Shown in pieces: positions 24,348 through 37,104 of a stretch of DNA of 64,000 nucleotides. Both the position numbers and the translations under genes were made by a program. The stretch is from Negaprion brevirostris. Its lineage: Eukaryota. Below the pieces are notes generated by a model that was not told where the DNA came from, did no database searches, and saw only the letters and a list, made by a program, of their open reading frames with translations. The DNA lies in the NCBI GenBank assembly GCA_030324005.1, contig JARDVH010000133.1:19431805-19495804 (forward strand). The letters are read 5' to 3'. Numbering within the stretch: position 1 is the first letter of the stretch; every line of letters starts with the position of its first letter.

Positions 24348-24589
24348 CTACAGATGATTCATGTCACAGCAAGCAGATACTGGTAAACTGCAAGACTTGA
24401 CAAAAATTGATAACTTATAGCACTAAACTTATTCTACCAAATATGAATCCAACTATACGTTTACCCTTCCTTCCAAAGGAACACCAAATTAATCCAACTT
24501 AAAAGTGTAACTTATTTCTAATATTTAACAATACAAGTATAGATTCTTTAGAACTATCATTGTTTTCCAAACACAACTCTTGAAGTGAT

Positions 24590-25600
24590 GTCCTGGAACT
24601 GAGATGATTGATCTCCGACCACAATAACCATCTTTCTTTGTGCCAGTTATGACTCTGGCCAGCAGAGACTTTCCCCCCGATTCCCATTGACTCCAGTTTT
24701 GCTAGGGCCTCTTGATGCCACACTCAGTCAAAGGCTGTCACCTGAGCTTTGTCATTCAGCTCTTTTGTATTGAGGCATACAAGATGATCAGGGGATTAGG
24801 TAGGGTGGACAGTGAGAGCCTTTTTCCTCGGATGGTGACGGCTAACTCGAGGGGACACAGCTTTAAATTGAGGGGTGGTAATTATAGGACGGATGTCAGA
24901 GCTAGGTTCTTTACTCAGAGGGTAGCAAGGGCGTGGAATGCGCTGCCTGCAGCAGTTGTGGACTCGCCGACTTTAAGGGTGTTCAAATGGTCAGTGGATA
25001 GGCATATGGATAACACTGGAATAGTTTAGGTTGGAGGGTCATTAGATTGGTTCCACTGGTCGGCGCAACATCGAGGGCCGAAGGGCCTGTACTGCGCTGT
25101 AATGTTCTATGTTTGAACCAAGTGCTATTGCTGGAATATTGTCAGAGCCCACAGCCTTTGCAGTATCCAATGTCTTCAGCCATTTCTTGATATCACGTAG
25201 AGCGAATTGAATTGGCTGAGGACTGGTACCTGTGTTGCTGGGGACCTCCGGGTGAGGCCGAGATGGATCTTTCACTCAGTCCGTCTGGCAGAAGATTGTC
25301 GCGAACGCTCCAGCCTTATCCTTTGCACTGATGAGCTGGGCTCTTCCATCACTGAGGATGGGGATATTTGTGGAGCCTCCTCCCCCAGGGAGTTGTTTAA
25401 TTGTCCACCATCAGTCGTGACTGGATGTGGCAGGACTGCAGAGCTCAGATCCGAACTGTTGGTTATGGGATCACTTAGCTCCGTCTATCACTTACTGCTT
25501 CTGCTGTTTGACATCCAAGTCATCCTGCGTTGTAGCTTCACCAAGTTGACAGTTCATTTTTTAGGTACGCCTGCTGATGCTCCTGGCAGACCCTCCTGCA
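24590..25600 (-). mobile_element. LINE RT fragment (CR1/L2 clade) with a nested plus-strand CR1 3' end at ~24750-25113
   Basis: Minus frames DIKKWLKTLDTAKAVGSDNIPA and WHQEALAKLESMGIGGK; nested plus frame EAYKMIRGLGRVDSESLFPR..SRGHSFKLRGG..FFTQRVARAWNALP. Confidence 0.8.
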
Positions 25601-26112
25601 GCCACTTTATAAACTGTATCTTTTACATTGCCTCTCCAAGTTGTCTAACAAAATGTATCGCTTCCCATTTTTCTACAGTAAATTTCATCTGCCAATTACT
25701 TGCCCATTTCATCGTTCTCTCTTTGTCCACCCGAAGTTTGTTGCTGCCCACCTCACTGTTTACTCACTTCCCAATTCCAGATCATCTGCAAACTTTGAAA
25801 TTTGTGTGCCCGTGTCCAGTGATTAAAATAGATACATCTCAACACTAAAAACCAGAGCTTCTGTGGGGAGCATCCCTCCCTCTGGGTCACAACCTCTACA
25901 GGGCTTGATGGCTGTGAAAGGTGTGTGCATAATGTGGCCAAGTAGGATGACGAGCAGCCTGTCAATTCCTGATACAGAGACCGGGTGAGCTCCGAGTCAG
26001 CCACCCCGCANNNNNNNNNNNNNNNNNNNNNNNNNNNNNNNNNNNNNNNNNNNNNNNNNNNNNNNNNNNNNNNNNNNNNNNNNNNNNNNNNNNNNNNNNN
26101 NNNNNNNNNNCT

Positions 26113-26666
26113 GCAGATCAAAGAGCTTATTTGGGGTGAGAAAAATTCTAGCCCTCAGATCATCCATCAGGCTGACTAATTGTCAACAGCACCTTAACCT
26201 ACCTATAATAGGAGGCAAGTTCGGGTGAAAGCTCACAGATGTTAAATGTCATCAACTCTGTTTCTTTCTTCACCGGTTTCCTGCTTGCTGAATATTCCAG
26301 TATTTTCTGCTTTTATTTCAGATTTCCACAAGCTGTAGTATGCCTTACAGTATGTTTGAAGATTACTGAATCTGCCACATTCAACTGATTTGATTTTAAT
26401 TTTACCCAGTTGTCACTTACAAGCCAAAGCTATCATTTTAGTTTTGCATTCTTTCTCTCTCCCACTGCATACCCTGCCCAATCTAAATATTTTCTACAAG
26501 GATGTGGACTGACTGATGTTAGTACTGGATGTTCGCTACCCTTTTGGGAAGACAGTGGGGAAACACGGAAACAAAGTGATATTGTTTCTTAGGCTATTAA
26601 CTTCCATTCTAAGTGCAGTCAAAGACAGATCCACCATCTTAGTCTTGTGGTTTACAGCAAATTAAT
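26113..26666 (+). repeat. Direct duplication, copy 2 (partner 21836-22402)
   Basis: As for copy 1; the left end abuts a gap. Confidence 0.9.
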
Positions 26667-27866
26667 ACTTCTAAAGTGAAGTCAATATTGTGAAAAATTT
26701 GCACATACAGTCCCACAAACAGCAATATGATAATGAGTAGATCACTTTAGTGTTATTGGCTGAAGGATAAATAGCGGTAAACTCTTCTGCTCTTCANNNN
26801 NNNNNNNNNNNNNNNNNNNNNNNNNNNNNNNNNNNNNNNNNNNNNNNNNNNNNNNNNNNNNNNNNNNNNNNNNNNNNNNNNNNNNNNNNNNNNNNNCATA
26901 GACGTTTACACCATGGAAACAGGCTCTTCAGCCCAACTTGTCCACGCCACCGTTTTTTTTTAAAAACCCCTAAGCTAGTCCCAATTGCCTTCATTTGGCC
27001 CACATCCCTCCATACCCTGAGAAAACTCTGGAATCTTTCCTTTAATGGTGCAATGAATCTTTTACATCCATGCAAGAAGGCAGAGGAAAACTTGGTTTAA
27101 CACCTTGTCTGACTGAGAGTGTTCCGCACTCAGTAATGCACCAAGCATCAACCAAGATTCTACATACAAATCTTTGGACTGAAACTTAAGCATGACAAAG
27201 TCAAGAGTGAGCCCCAGACAAATTCTCATTTCTGGTACAGACGCAATAGTGAAAGGATAGATTTTGTTTATCAATCTAGATTTGTACCTTGTTTTTAACA
27301 GTTTTAATTAAGCACATTGCTTTCACTTTGAACCAATGAAATTTTCTTATAAACCCAATCTTAATCCTCTGTGATCTTTACCTGGTGGATCCAAAACATG
27401 ATCTTTAACCAATGTTGCATTACAATGCAAATATATAAAATATCACAGCAATATATCAAAAGGTGTAGTCAAAGTAACAATGAAATGGTCCCAGTGATTC
27501 TGCTGTAACATACATACACAGTGCTTTGCCAAAAAACACAAAACAACAGTGGCTTCCAGGACCCATGTTTAAAACTAACCAAGTAGCAGTTACAAAACAC
27601 AATATTGTAAATAAAACAGACGTACAAGCCATTCTCTGTAAATACGTAAGAGCAACTGCTTTAAAAAACTTACGGAGAAAAGCAACATGGAGCTTCCATC
27701 AAGGATGTTTTTAACACTTGTCAAACCCTTAAAAAATTATTTACATTTCAGTACTGCTCATCAGAATCCTTAGCTTTATGCTCAATGATGCAAACTGTTT
27801 CTTAAAGGTAGTTCACATTTTTTTCTTGAATTTCAGCAGTCTAGCCATGTATGCTGTAATCACAAG

Positions 27867-28056
27867 TTATTTTTTCAGCAGCATCTTTGCAAAGTCTGCA
27901 TTGGTCATCTTTTTGGNNNNNNNNNNNNNNNNNNNNNNNNNNNNNNNNNNNCCATCCTGATCCCTCAATGTACCATTTTCAGTATTTGCTTCAGATACAG
28001 GCAAGCGTTGTAATGCACGAGGTACAAGTGCAAGTTGCGTTCGACCTTTGCCCCTC
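27867..28056 (-). CDS. SART3: SART3 last coding exon (exon 19 equivalent) with LSm-interaction motif
   Basis: ttctag|G AGG GGC AAA gives RGKGRTQLALVPRALQR...[35 N]...KKMTNADFAKMLLKK*; the frame is preserved across the gap. Confidence 0.93.
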
Positions 28057-29310
28057 CTAGAAGAATATCAGTGTTAATGGAAGAGTTCACATAGGTCAAC
28101 ATGCAATTCCAAACTTGACAATTCAGCAGGTTCTGGACACAGTTTCATCCTCGAGCCCAATTTAAAGGATTTTTGGCGACGTTCACACTTAGTTCAGTTT
28201 TCTATTTTTATGTCAAGGCTCCCATTCAGCCACCCACATGTGCCATGTCAGCTCCCACTTTGGAGGGGAGCTGTTTGAATGTCTCCCTGTCTTCTGTATG
28301 CTCCATTTCCTGTCATCACATGACAATTTTTCATCTCATTTCCCCCCCCCCCATACTATATGAAACCATCATAAAAATATCTTCTCTCTCTAATCTCTTT
28401 TTAGATAAGTGCAGTGACATCAAGGATCTGACCAGAACTTAACAGCTATGTCAAATGCTGTTCTAAGATGCCACATGTCCCCAAACTCTCCAGTTACACA
28501 TTTCACTACATCCCTTGTCCAAACCTATCTGCTAAACCATTCCCTTAAACATCTAGTACCATTGAAGTTTTTCATTTACAGCCCACCTCTCATTCAAGAT
28601 ACTCAAACAGTGACATTTTTCATTATTGAAGTACCCCTAGTTATTTCATCCTCTGTCATTTCAACCTGTATCAAAACTCACACTGGCACTTGTGTCATGT
28701 CACTACACACACAACCTCTCCCAATGCTGATCTTGCTCACACCAATCCTGGCTAAACTAGCCCCTCCAATGTTACAATTTACCCACAAGATTAGTTCTTA
28801 TTCTGCCTATAAATGTGTCCATGCCCAGTTCCAACCCATCCCATGCCACAACAATTCAGTTTTTTTTCCCTATTGCTACAAATTGCAAAAGATCAGTTTT
28901 ACACAAGTAAATTATTGTTCCTATAGGAGTAACATTCTTTAGAAAAACTCAATATCAAAATTCACTGGAAAAAAGAGATATAATTAGAAAGAAAAAATTG
29001 TTACTGTCTAATCATTTGCATTACTGATTTTGACACATACACCTGCTCCCCAGTTATAAATAGTTGGGCACCTGTCCCAGTTCACACTGTCATCACTATA
29101 AAACTCAGACTAAATATAATTGAGCTACATATGAAACAGGAGCCTGCCTTAGAAACAAAATGCAACATTTATAAAATATGTTCTTCATATGTAATTATTG
29201 TTGAAGATGAACTTCTGGAATCTTCTTCAAATGGACAAGGCAACTAATTCTGGTGGTCAATCCTAACTGAATCATCCTCTACAAGTTTCAACAGTTTGAT
29301 CAGCACTTAC

Positions 29311-29498
29311 GCTCCATACACCTGCCGCGGGAGCAAAGAGCCAGACAATCGACTAGTTTCGACCTTGCTAGTCTGTTTCCTCTGTGGAGGATTACTAATG
29401 GCCACGCTGATTGTGTGATCTTTAACCACCATTCCATCCATCTTAAGAACAGCCTGGGAGGCCTGGGCTTCATTCTCATATTCAGCATATGCCAAACC
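29311..29498 (-). CDS. SART3: SART3 exon 18 (second half of RRM2)
   Basis: AG/GT bounded, 188 nt, GLAYAEYENEAQASQAVLKMDG...PRQVYGA. Confidence 0.95.
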
Positions 29499-29549
29499 CT
29501 GAAACAATAATCAGTGAAATTAAAGTTTTTTATTAGTCTCAAGTAGTCT

Positions 29550-29762
29550 TACTGCCTGTTCGGATACACTGAGGGAGAAATTGGCATGGCCAATTCACCT
29601 AACCTACACATCTTTGAACTATGGGGGGAAACCAGAGCACCCGGAGGAAACCCACGCAGGCACGGGGAGAAAGTACAAACTCCGCAAAGACAGTGACCCA
29701 AACCGCGAATCGAAACCAGGTCTCTGGCACTGTGAAGCAGCAGTGCTAACCACTGTGCCACT
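29550..29762 (-). mobile_element. HE1/V-SINE-like tRNA SINE
   Basis: gagcacccggaggaaacccacgcag..gcagcagtgctaaccactgtgcca. Confidence 0.8.
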
Positions 29763-30810
29763 GAACTGTTATGCAGACTCCAAAAACTAAACTTCAGAAG
29801 GGAATAACTTATTCACAGGAAACAGTGGCCAATCTAATGGGGTAGATGCATATCCATCATACTGGGCTGAAACATTTAGATCCAGAAAGTACAAAGCCAG
29901 AAATAAAAGAAAAAGGTCTTCACAAATCCTCTACATGGGCTCAAATGACACAAAGCTAAATAGCTTATGGGAGTTTTCATTCCCTGGGTTGGGCTGACAG
30001 GTAGAGGTGGCAGAGCTCAAATTTGCAATCTTCAAATCTGGAATGTACAACAATAAGACAGCTGCTTGGGGCAAACACTTTGATGCACATTTTCATGTTG
30101 CAATTACTTTTCTAATTGAAGTAATAGCATTGTGGCCGAGTATGCAACTCATGCCCTGTCAGAAGGGCACTATTTGTCCCAGAAAAAATTTCAGTATGTT
30201 TGCATAACGAGGAAAGGGACAGGCTATCATAGAGGTTTACAGCATGGAAACAGGCCCTTCAGCCCAACCTGCCCAAGCCACCCATTTTTTTTTAAACCCC
30301 AAAGCTAGTCCCAATTGCCCGCACCTGGCCCATATCCCTCCGTACCCAATTGATCAGAGTATTGCTGTGGAAAATGCAGCAAGGAATTACAAGCGCCCAA
30401 GTTCTCGGGTAATTCAAAATAAAAGATGCAAGGCTTGAACATATTTCATTTTCTTGAAGGGAACAGGCCCACGTATGAATGTATGTTGTTTCTGGCCAGT
30501 ATCTTTGCATGTCAGAGTGATGAAATCTCAAAGACTTGATTCTGAAGGAGGACAAATAGTTTTCAGCCAACATAAGCGTTCACAGGCATGAGGCCAACTT
30601 AGCAGTGGAGCATGGAAAAGATTTACTATTGGTAAGGAAATGTGATTGAACATTTACAATCCTCAGGCTTATGGGCATGTGGTTCCTTTGATTTTCATCA
30701 ATTTTCCAGAGAGGGAAGTTACTGAAAGTTTATTCAAGATCTGAAATGATTTTACTTCACAGGTAAGTGACACACACCAGGTTTTTAATAGGCCACTATG
30801 CAACAGGTAC

Positions 30811-30963
30811 CTTTGGTTTTCCAGAGCGATTAGTGACAAGGCGGATTTCCTTTAGGTTTCCATGCTCTTTGCAGATCTCCTCCAGTTCTTCTTTAGTGCA
30901 GGAGAAAGGTAAACCTGATATAAAGACCTTATGTTTCTCTAGGCTGGTGCTGTACCTAAACAC
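30811..30963 (-). CDS. SART3: SART3 exon 17 (first half of RRM2)
   Basis: 153 nt, VFRYSTSLEKHKVFISGLPFSCTKEELEEIC..NRSGKPK, AG/GT. Confidence 0.95.
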
Positions 30964-31269
30964 CTGGAGAAAAAGCACAAAACATTAAGAAAAAAATAGA
31001 GTTTCTTTAAAGCTCTGCTGCATCTGTTCAATGTCGTGAATTTTGTAAGCACCAGTCCCTCATTGCTGCCTTTCACAGTATGGGAAAGATAATTGAGGAA
31101 AATTAAAGATGTAACAAAGGAAGTGGAAAAATAATACAGTAGAACCTCAGAAATTTATGGCGGCAACTATTCGCACATCATGTCTGTACCAGTTGAAAAT
31201 GACATGCCCTGTCCTATCCTACTTTCCAGCAATTCATCTGGAACCATGAAGGTTATGGAACACTTCACA

Positions 31270-31790
31270 ATCACTGGACATTTCAAAGTGCTTTACAGTC
31301 AATTAAAGATTTTTGAGGTGTAATCAGTGTTGTATTATAGGAAATGCAGCAGCCAATTTGTGCACAGCAAACTCCCACAAACAGCGGTGCAATAACAATC
31401 AGATAATCTGTTAATGTTATGTTGATTGAGGGATAAATATTGACTGGGACAATGCCNNNNNNNNNNNNNNNNNNNNNNNNNNNNNNNNNNNNNNNNNNNN
31501 NNNNNNNNNNNNNNNNNNNNNNNNNNNNNNNNNNNNNNNNNNNNNNNNNNNNNNNNATCTGTTAATGTGATGTTGATTGAGGGATAAAGATTGACTGGGA
31601 CAATGCCGATATCTCCCCCGCTCTTCATCAAAATAGTGCCAACAGGACCCAGGCAGATTGGGCCTAAGTTTAATGTCTCATCGAGAAAAATGACACCTTT
31701 AACAGTACAGCACTCCCTCAGTACTGCACTGAATAGTCAGCTTTGATTTTAGTGCACAAGTTTTTAGGTGGGCCTTAAATGCAGGACTTT
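31270..31790 (-). mobile_element. Deu-domain SINE (SacSINE1/AmnSINE-like)
   Basis: gtttaatgtctcatc..acagtacagcactccctcagtactgcactg Deu-domain signature; contains a gap. Confidence 0.65.
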
Positions 31791-32528
31791 GTGATCTGAC
31801 TCCATCATCCTTTTAAGGCAGAGTTCCAGATTCCCACCCCGGTGAAAAGAACCTCTCCTCAACCACACTCTAATCTAATTCCACCAATTACTTTAAATCA
31901 ATACCCTCCTGGTTACTGACCTACTTTACTCGAGGAAATAGGTTCACTATCCAGGCCCCCTCATAATTCTATACAATTAAAATAATTTCAGTTAAATCTC
32001 CCCTCAGCCTTCTCTGTTCCAAAGAAACAGTACCAGCCTAACCAAGAAATATAAAAGCAAAATACTGCAGACGCTGGAATCTGAAACAAAGACAGAAAAT
32101 GCTGGAAAATCTCAGCAGGTCTGATAGCATCTTTAGAGAGAGAATAGAGCCAAGGGTCATCCTGACTCAAAACATTGGCTCTATTCCTTCCACAGCCTAC
32201 CCAGTCTGTCTTCTTAGCTATAATTCACCATTCTGCACTGTTAAAATGTTCAAAGAAACAAAGGTTTGAGAGATGATTGAAAGAGACATCTCAGAAGAAT
32301 GAAATGAGAGCAGAATTCTATCAGAATTGCACCTCAAGTGTCTTGCCTAATATTCTTTTGAACCGTATCACAAACAAGCCAATGGGATTGGGAAATACAA
32401 GCAGACCTATAGTTAAATGGGTCACTTCATTTCAGCCAACTGGGACTTCTTGAAAGAAAGATTGTACAGACAATGGAAAATGTTTACAAGCAAAGAAAAA
32501 ACCACATCACAGTTACCAAAAGAAGTAC

Positions 32529-32974
32529 CTTAAATTCTGGATTCTTTGCTTTGTCGACACATGGCGAAACAAACATTGGCCGGCCTTCTAACTCCTGGCG
32601 GTCCAGCCGCAAGGCATTCGTAGCTGCTTTCTCCTCTTGAAACTCCACATAACAATATCCTCGAAACAGTCCCCTATTACTGTAAACAGGGCGGATGTCT
32701 GCAATCTGGCCAAAGCTTTCAAATACCTCCTTCAGCCGCTCCTCGGGGTTGGGCATCGAGTACGAGAGATTACTGACAAACACAGTCAGGTCATCCTTGG
32801 TGTTATCGTGGAGAACTTTGTTCCGTGTGGCAGCTGCAGCTTTCTGCTTTTGCAGTGCTGGAGTCTCCAGTACCTTTGTATTGCTTTTACGACCAAACAG
32901 ACCACATTCTGTTGACATATCTTCTTCCTCAGCTTCTTCCAGTTCCCCAGCTCGAGGCTTTTTATTTGGTTGAT
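32529..32974 (-). CDS. SART3: SART3 exon 16 (linker + RRM1)
   Basis: 446 nt, phase 1-0, TVFVSNL...FRGYCYVEF...GRPMFVSPCVDKAKNPEFK. Confidence 0.95.
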
Positions 32975-34171
32975 CTGAAATTGAAAGATGAATTAGCAGA
33001 AATCTCCCTCTTGTGGTCATAAATGGAGCAGGACAATGGGAATATAAACTGAAGCAAAAGAGTTGTTAACGGTTGGTTGATTATGTTGTTAAATATATCT
33101 GTTTTTATTGTTCTGACATCAGGGCCCCTTTCTTTCAGGGCCTGCCCCACCAGCGTGACATGGGACCTGCCTCCTTGATATTTTTGCTTAAAAATTATGG
33201 TGGGAAAAGTCAGCAGTGCAGCCAGTGGGATACACTCCACTATTCCCACCCGAGGTGACTCCCAGACAGAAAAAAATCGGAACATTCCACCCTCAGTTCC
33301 TTTAACACAACAAATTTTCAAAGGCATTTCATAAAAAGATAAGAGATTTGTGGGAAAATGGGAGAAGGGTTAGGGAGCTGGTGGAGAAAATGACGCTGAT
33401 GAGCTCTTCAAAAGGAGGACAAGAGCTTCTAACACCTCTTTGTCTCCTTATTTTTTTCTAAAGCTGATTTTTTTAAAAAGAAACTGCTACATTCTAACCA
33501 ACTCTCACGTCCTAAAATATAACTACTCTTTCAAGAGTCAGCATAGATACAATGAGTGGAAGGGCTGTCTTCAGTGCTGCATGATTCTATTTTACAGAAG
33601 AAATCTACTACTAATTGAATACTAAAAGTGTGGTCTGTCATTTTTCTGAGTGCAGAATGAGAAAGTACCTAAAATTAGAAAATTCTGTTCTAGTGGTGAT
33701 TACTTGGTCAGTACTAAATTTCCCAGTCCCAGATATCCAATTGAAATTATGTCAATGCACATTCCTCTCACTTTTTCAATGTTCTAGTTATTTCATAGTA
33801 ATCACTAAATTACCCTTTTTCACCTCAAAGAACATATAGTTGTAATCTGAGGAATTTTATGATACATTTGACACAGCAGCAATTTTCCATAAGAACAAAA
33901 GCTTAAACTTCCCCCGTGTTAGAACACAATAGTTTCAGATTAAATTCTTGCCCCAATTACTGATGCACTCTACCAGATATCCCCTTGTTAAAATGTTATC
34001 ATATATAGAATGGAGCTCATTCATTAGCCATGAGTTAGTCTTCTCACAGGGTGCCATACCCATTTGNNNNNNNNNNNNNNNNNNNNNNNNNNNNNNNNNN
34101 NNNNNNNNNNNNNNNNNNNNNNNNNNNNNNNNNNNNNNNNNNNNNNNNNNNNNNNNNNNNNNNNNNCATAC

Positions 34172-34331
34172 CAATTTGGGTGCCCCATTCCTCCTCATCT
34201 GCTTTGCGTTTGTCTCCAGGTAATGCCTGTTTCTGAGCCTTTTTCGCAGCTTTCTTTTCAGATCTGCCTTTCTTCCGCTGCATATTTTTCTCCTCTTCCT
34301 GTTTTATCAGCAGAGCTTCCTTCTCTGCAGC
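34172..34331 (-). CDS. SART3: SART3 exon 15 (basic coiled-coil/NLS region)
   Basis: 160 nt, AAEKEALLIKQEEEK..RKKGRSEKKAAKK..KRKADEEEWG; donor GTATG next to a gap. Confidence 0.9.
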
Positions 34332-35225
34332 CTGGGCAAAACATTAAAAATAGGAGTTAAAAAAAAATCAAACTTATCTCAAGGGGTAAGTTTTTTCCGT
34401 TTAATAATATTTACAGGTAATCTCCAGATTGCCTGGTCGAGTGAGGGCAAAAATGCCAATAAATATCACTAGCTATCTTGGTGTATGATCTAGCCATGTC
34501 CGTCTTCCAGTGCCATTCACCTAAGAAACAGTTACAATTACATGTTTTAAGATACTAAAAACAGCATTCAGACAAGGTGACATACAGTTCCTGAGGTTTG
34601 TGTTCCAGCCAGGTTGCTATATCTTCTCTATGACAGGAAATGTTGATCATGTGGGGTGGGTCTGCTACTGGTTTAGTGGATGGAGGTGGTGGAAGTGTTG
34701 GGTGATGTGGGAGAGTGACAGAGCTGGTGTATGGGAGTGAATACCTTTCATCTTAATACAGTGCACACCAGAGGATTGATCCAATTGTTTGATGGACAAA
34801 TGGCCCTAGGCATGTCAGCACGTCCTGTTTGAATTCCAGACCTGCTACATTTACAGCACTTTTTGTTTATCCACATCAGTCCAAATCTTTTCATTTTCTC
34901 AATCAGTTGAATGTTCTTTTTATATCTTTCCAACACCTCACTGATAATCTTTTATATCATCCAAAAATCTTCTACTAAGGATTTAATCCATTGACTCCAT
35001 CCACAACTGGCTTGTTAACTCTGATGAACTACCTTGACTGAAACATTAACTCCATTTCTCTCACCACAGATATTGCTTGACCAGCTGAGTGTTTTGCAGC
35101 ATTTTCGGCTTTTATTTCAAGTTTCCAGCATTTGCAGTATGTTCCTTTCGTTTTAGTGGCTCATCTGCTCTCCCCTCTTCCCCCTTTCTTCTTTAACTTA
35201 AAGTTTTAAGGTGTCTACTTATCCT

Positions 35226-36077
35226 TGTAATGTGTGATGGTACTGTGCCTTTATTTTTTAACTATTCTCCCTGCAGTTTGGAAGCAAACTTTTTGTTAAT
35301 GCTGTGGCACTGGCTGCCAAGTTAGATGTCCTTTCATTGTTGTTTAAATGGGTTAAATGAGATTTTGTTTATTTTTAATCTGGACCTAATGCACTTTCTG
35401 GAAGGTTACAACCTATTTGAGGTACTGTGGAAAGAATGGTTGACAGGTCAGATGGAACAGTTTTTTTCCTCTCTCCCAAGAGTTCTTACTTTAAGTTTTG
35501 GTTGCTGATTAGTTGGAAGGTGTTTGGACTTCAGACTGAAAGGCAGTATTTCTGTGATTCTCTCCCTATTAGAAATTGTGCTATGTTGAAAGTAGTTTTC
35601 TTGCCTTCCTGGAGTGAAAATTTTGCTGTAAATAGTTTGTTGGCTAAAGGCTGGAGACCATCAGTAGTATTGTCTCTACCTCGAGGTGCTGGGAGTTTCC
35701 AGAATGAGGAAATCAGAGTTTCAATTCTCCAACCAAAGGACTAAGGTCTAGTATCACATGAGCATTCTTATTTTCTGTGTTAAACCTGTGGCAGGTGTAT
35801 GTTAATAAGGAGGTTTGTTGTATGGAACAGTGTATTTAATGGTTAAGGTTTATGCAATATCATGATTTTTTTTGTAATTGGTAAAAGCTAGCATTAATTT
35901 TCTTTCTAGGTGTAACTGTGTTCTTAAATAGACTGTTTGATAAAAGCTCCCTACTGGGTCATTTGAATCATGCCTGAAGTGAAACATCTCATGCTTACTC
36001 TAGCCAAATTCAAAGGGCAAAACTTATGGTCTAGGCTGACTTCATAAAACACCAAGTTTCTGACCTGGATTATAACA
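35226..36077 (+). mobile_element. Possible solo LTR
   Basis: T-rich block starting TGTAAT and ending ATAACA (TG...CA with a short inverted end); no TSD found. Confidence 0.3.
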
Positions 36078-36616
36078 TATGTAAGGTCCACATCCAAATG
36101 ATAAAGCCTGCTTTTTCTCTTTATGGATGTTAACTGATTATCTTGTATCTATTTCCAGCATAGTGTGTTTGTATTTTAGATTTCCAATATTTACATTTTA
36201 TTTCTTTTCATCTGTAATTAAAACATTAACTACCCTGCTGCAATACATTAAGTCTCCTAGTATTGATTCAGTTAGATTTTGCAACCATAAAAGTTTAAAC
36301 CAGACAAACCATTTCTCAAGAGTTAGCTACAAAAACATGCCTTGATACATGATGTGCTGAAATTCCCTATTTTGTCCAGAAATAGTTTGCTGTGTTGACT
36401 GGAGAGTCAGTTAGCATATATACAGCATCGAAGGTGTTTTACTCAGCATCGAACTTGCACACACTGGATCTGGGAGTTAGCATTACTGAGAATCTATGCC
36501 AAAAGTGGGAGAGAGCTCTAGTCTCTGGTAATGAAGTTTCCAATCCTAATGAACACACACAAGATGAATTCAGAGGTTGAGTTTCATTCCAAGCCACCCC
36601 TGCTCATCCTCCTACA

Positions 36617-36825
36617 CGATGTGCTATCTCCACTCACATTGTCTGCATCTTTAAGACTTCATTAGCTGTAAAGACTCGCATTCTAATCAGTATTCTGTAA
36701 ACTGAATGCGTGCCTTTATATGCTCTGTTTGTGATCAGAACTCCCCATTCACCTGACGAAGGGCGTTTGCTACCAAATAAACCTATTGGACTTTAAGCTG
36801 GTGTTGTGAGACTTCTTACTGTGTG
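36617..36825 (+). mobile_element. Penelope-like 3' fragment with perfect 12-bp TSD
   Basis: catcctcctaca at 36605-36616 and 36826-36837; contains cattcacctgacgaaggg and the caaataaacct.ttggacttt tail. Confidence 0.75.
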
Positions 36826-37027
36826 CATCCTCCTACAGCCAACCCTAACAGCAGAAGTTATATGCTAGGCTCTCAATGAATATCAATGATTACTGTGCAT
36901 GCTCTACAGTGCATGACTAATCCATGATGGAATAGAAACTGTTCCATACCCAGCACTGGGTGAATCTCTCCTAATATCTCCAAAATTGACCTCACCTGAC
37001 AAAAAACACAATTCACTATGTACTTAC

Positions 37028-37104
37028 TTTGGTTCTCTGCTCATTAACTCGGTTAAGCCTGGTCTCGGTCTTCTCTGCAGCTAGGTCCCAATCTTCCAAA
37101 GAGC
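37028..37104 (-). CDS. SART3: SART3 exon 14
   Basis: 77 nt, (G)SLEDWDLAAEKTETRLNRVNEQRTK, ttcag/gtaagt. Confidence 0.93.

Noticed and set aside
25207-25848. 213-aa plus-strand ORF
   Set aside because: It is antisense to decayed LINE sequence and has no domain features.
28448-28942. 164-aa ORF antisense in the last SART3 intron
   Set aside because: Low-complexity C/T/A-rich composition, no motif or splice support; probably an old repeat.
31404-31607. ~50-bp direct repeat on both sides of a 100-N gap
   Set aside because: It flanks a scaffold gap, so it is most likely overlapping contig ends or alleles rather than a true repeat.
34056-34178. catacc.atttg repeated around the gap next to the SART3 exon 15 donor (possible duplicated donor)
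   Set aside because: Only 12 bp and adjacent to a gap; not interpretable.
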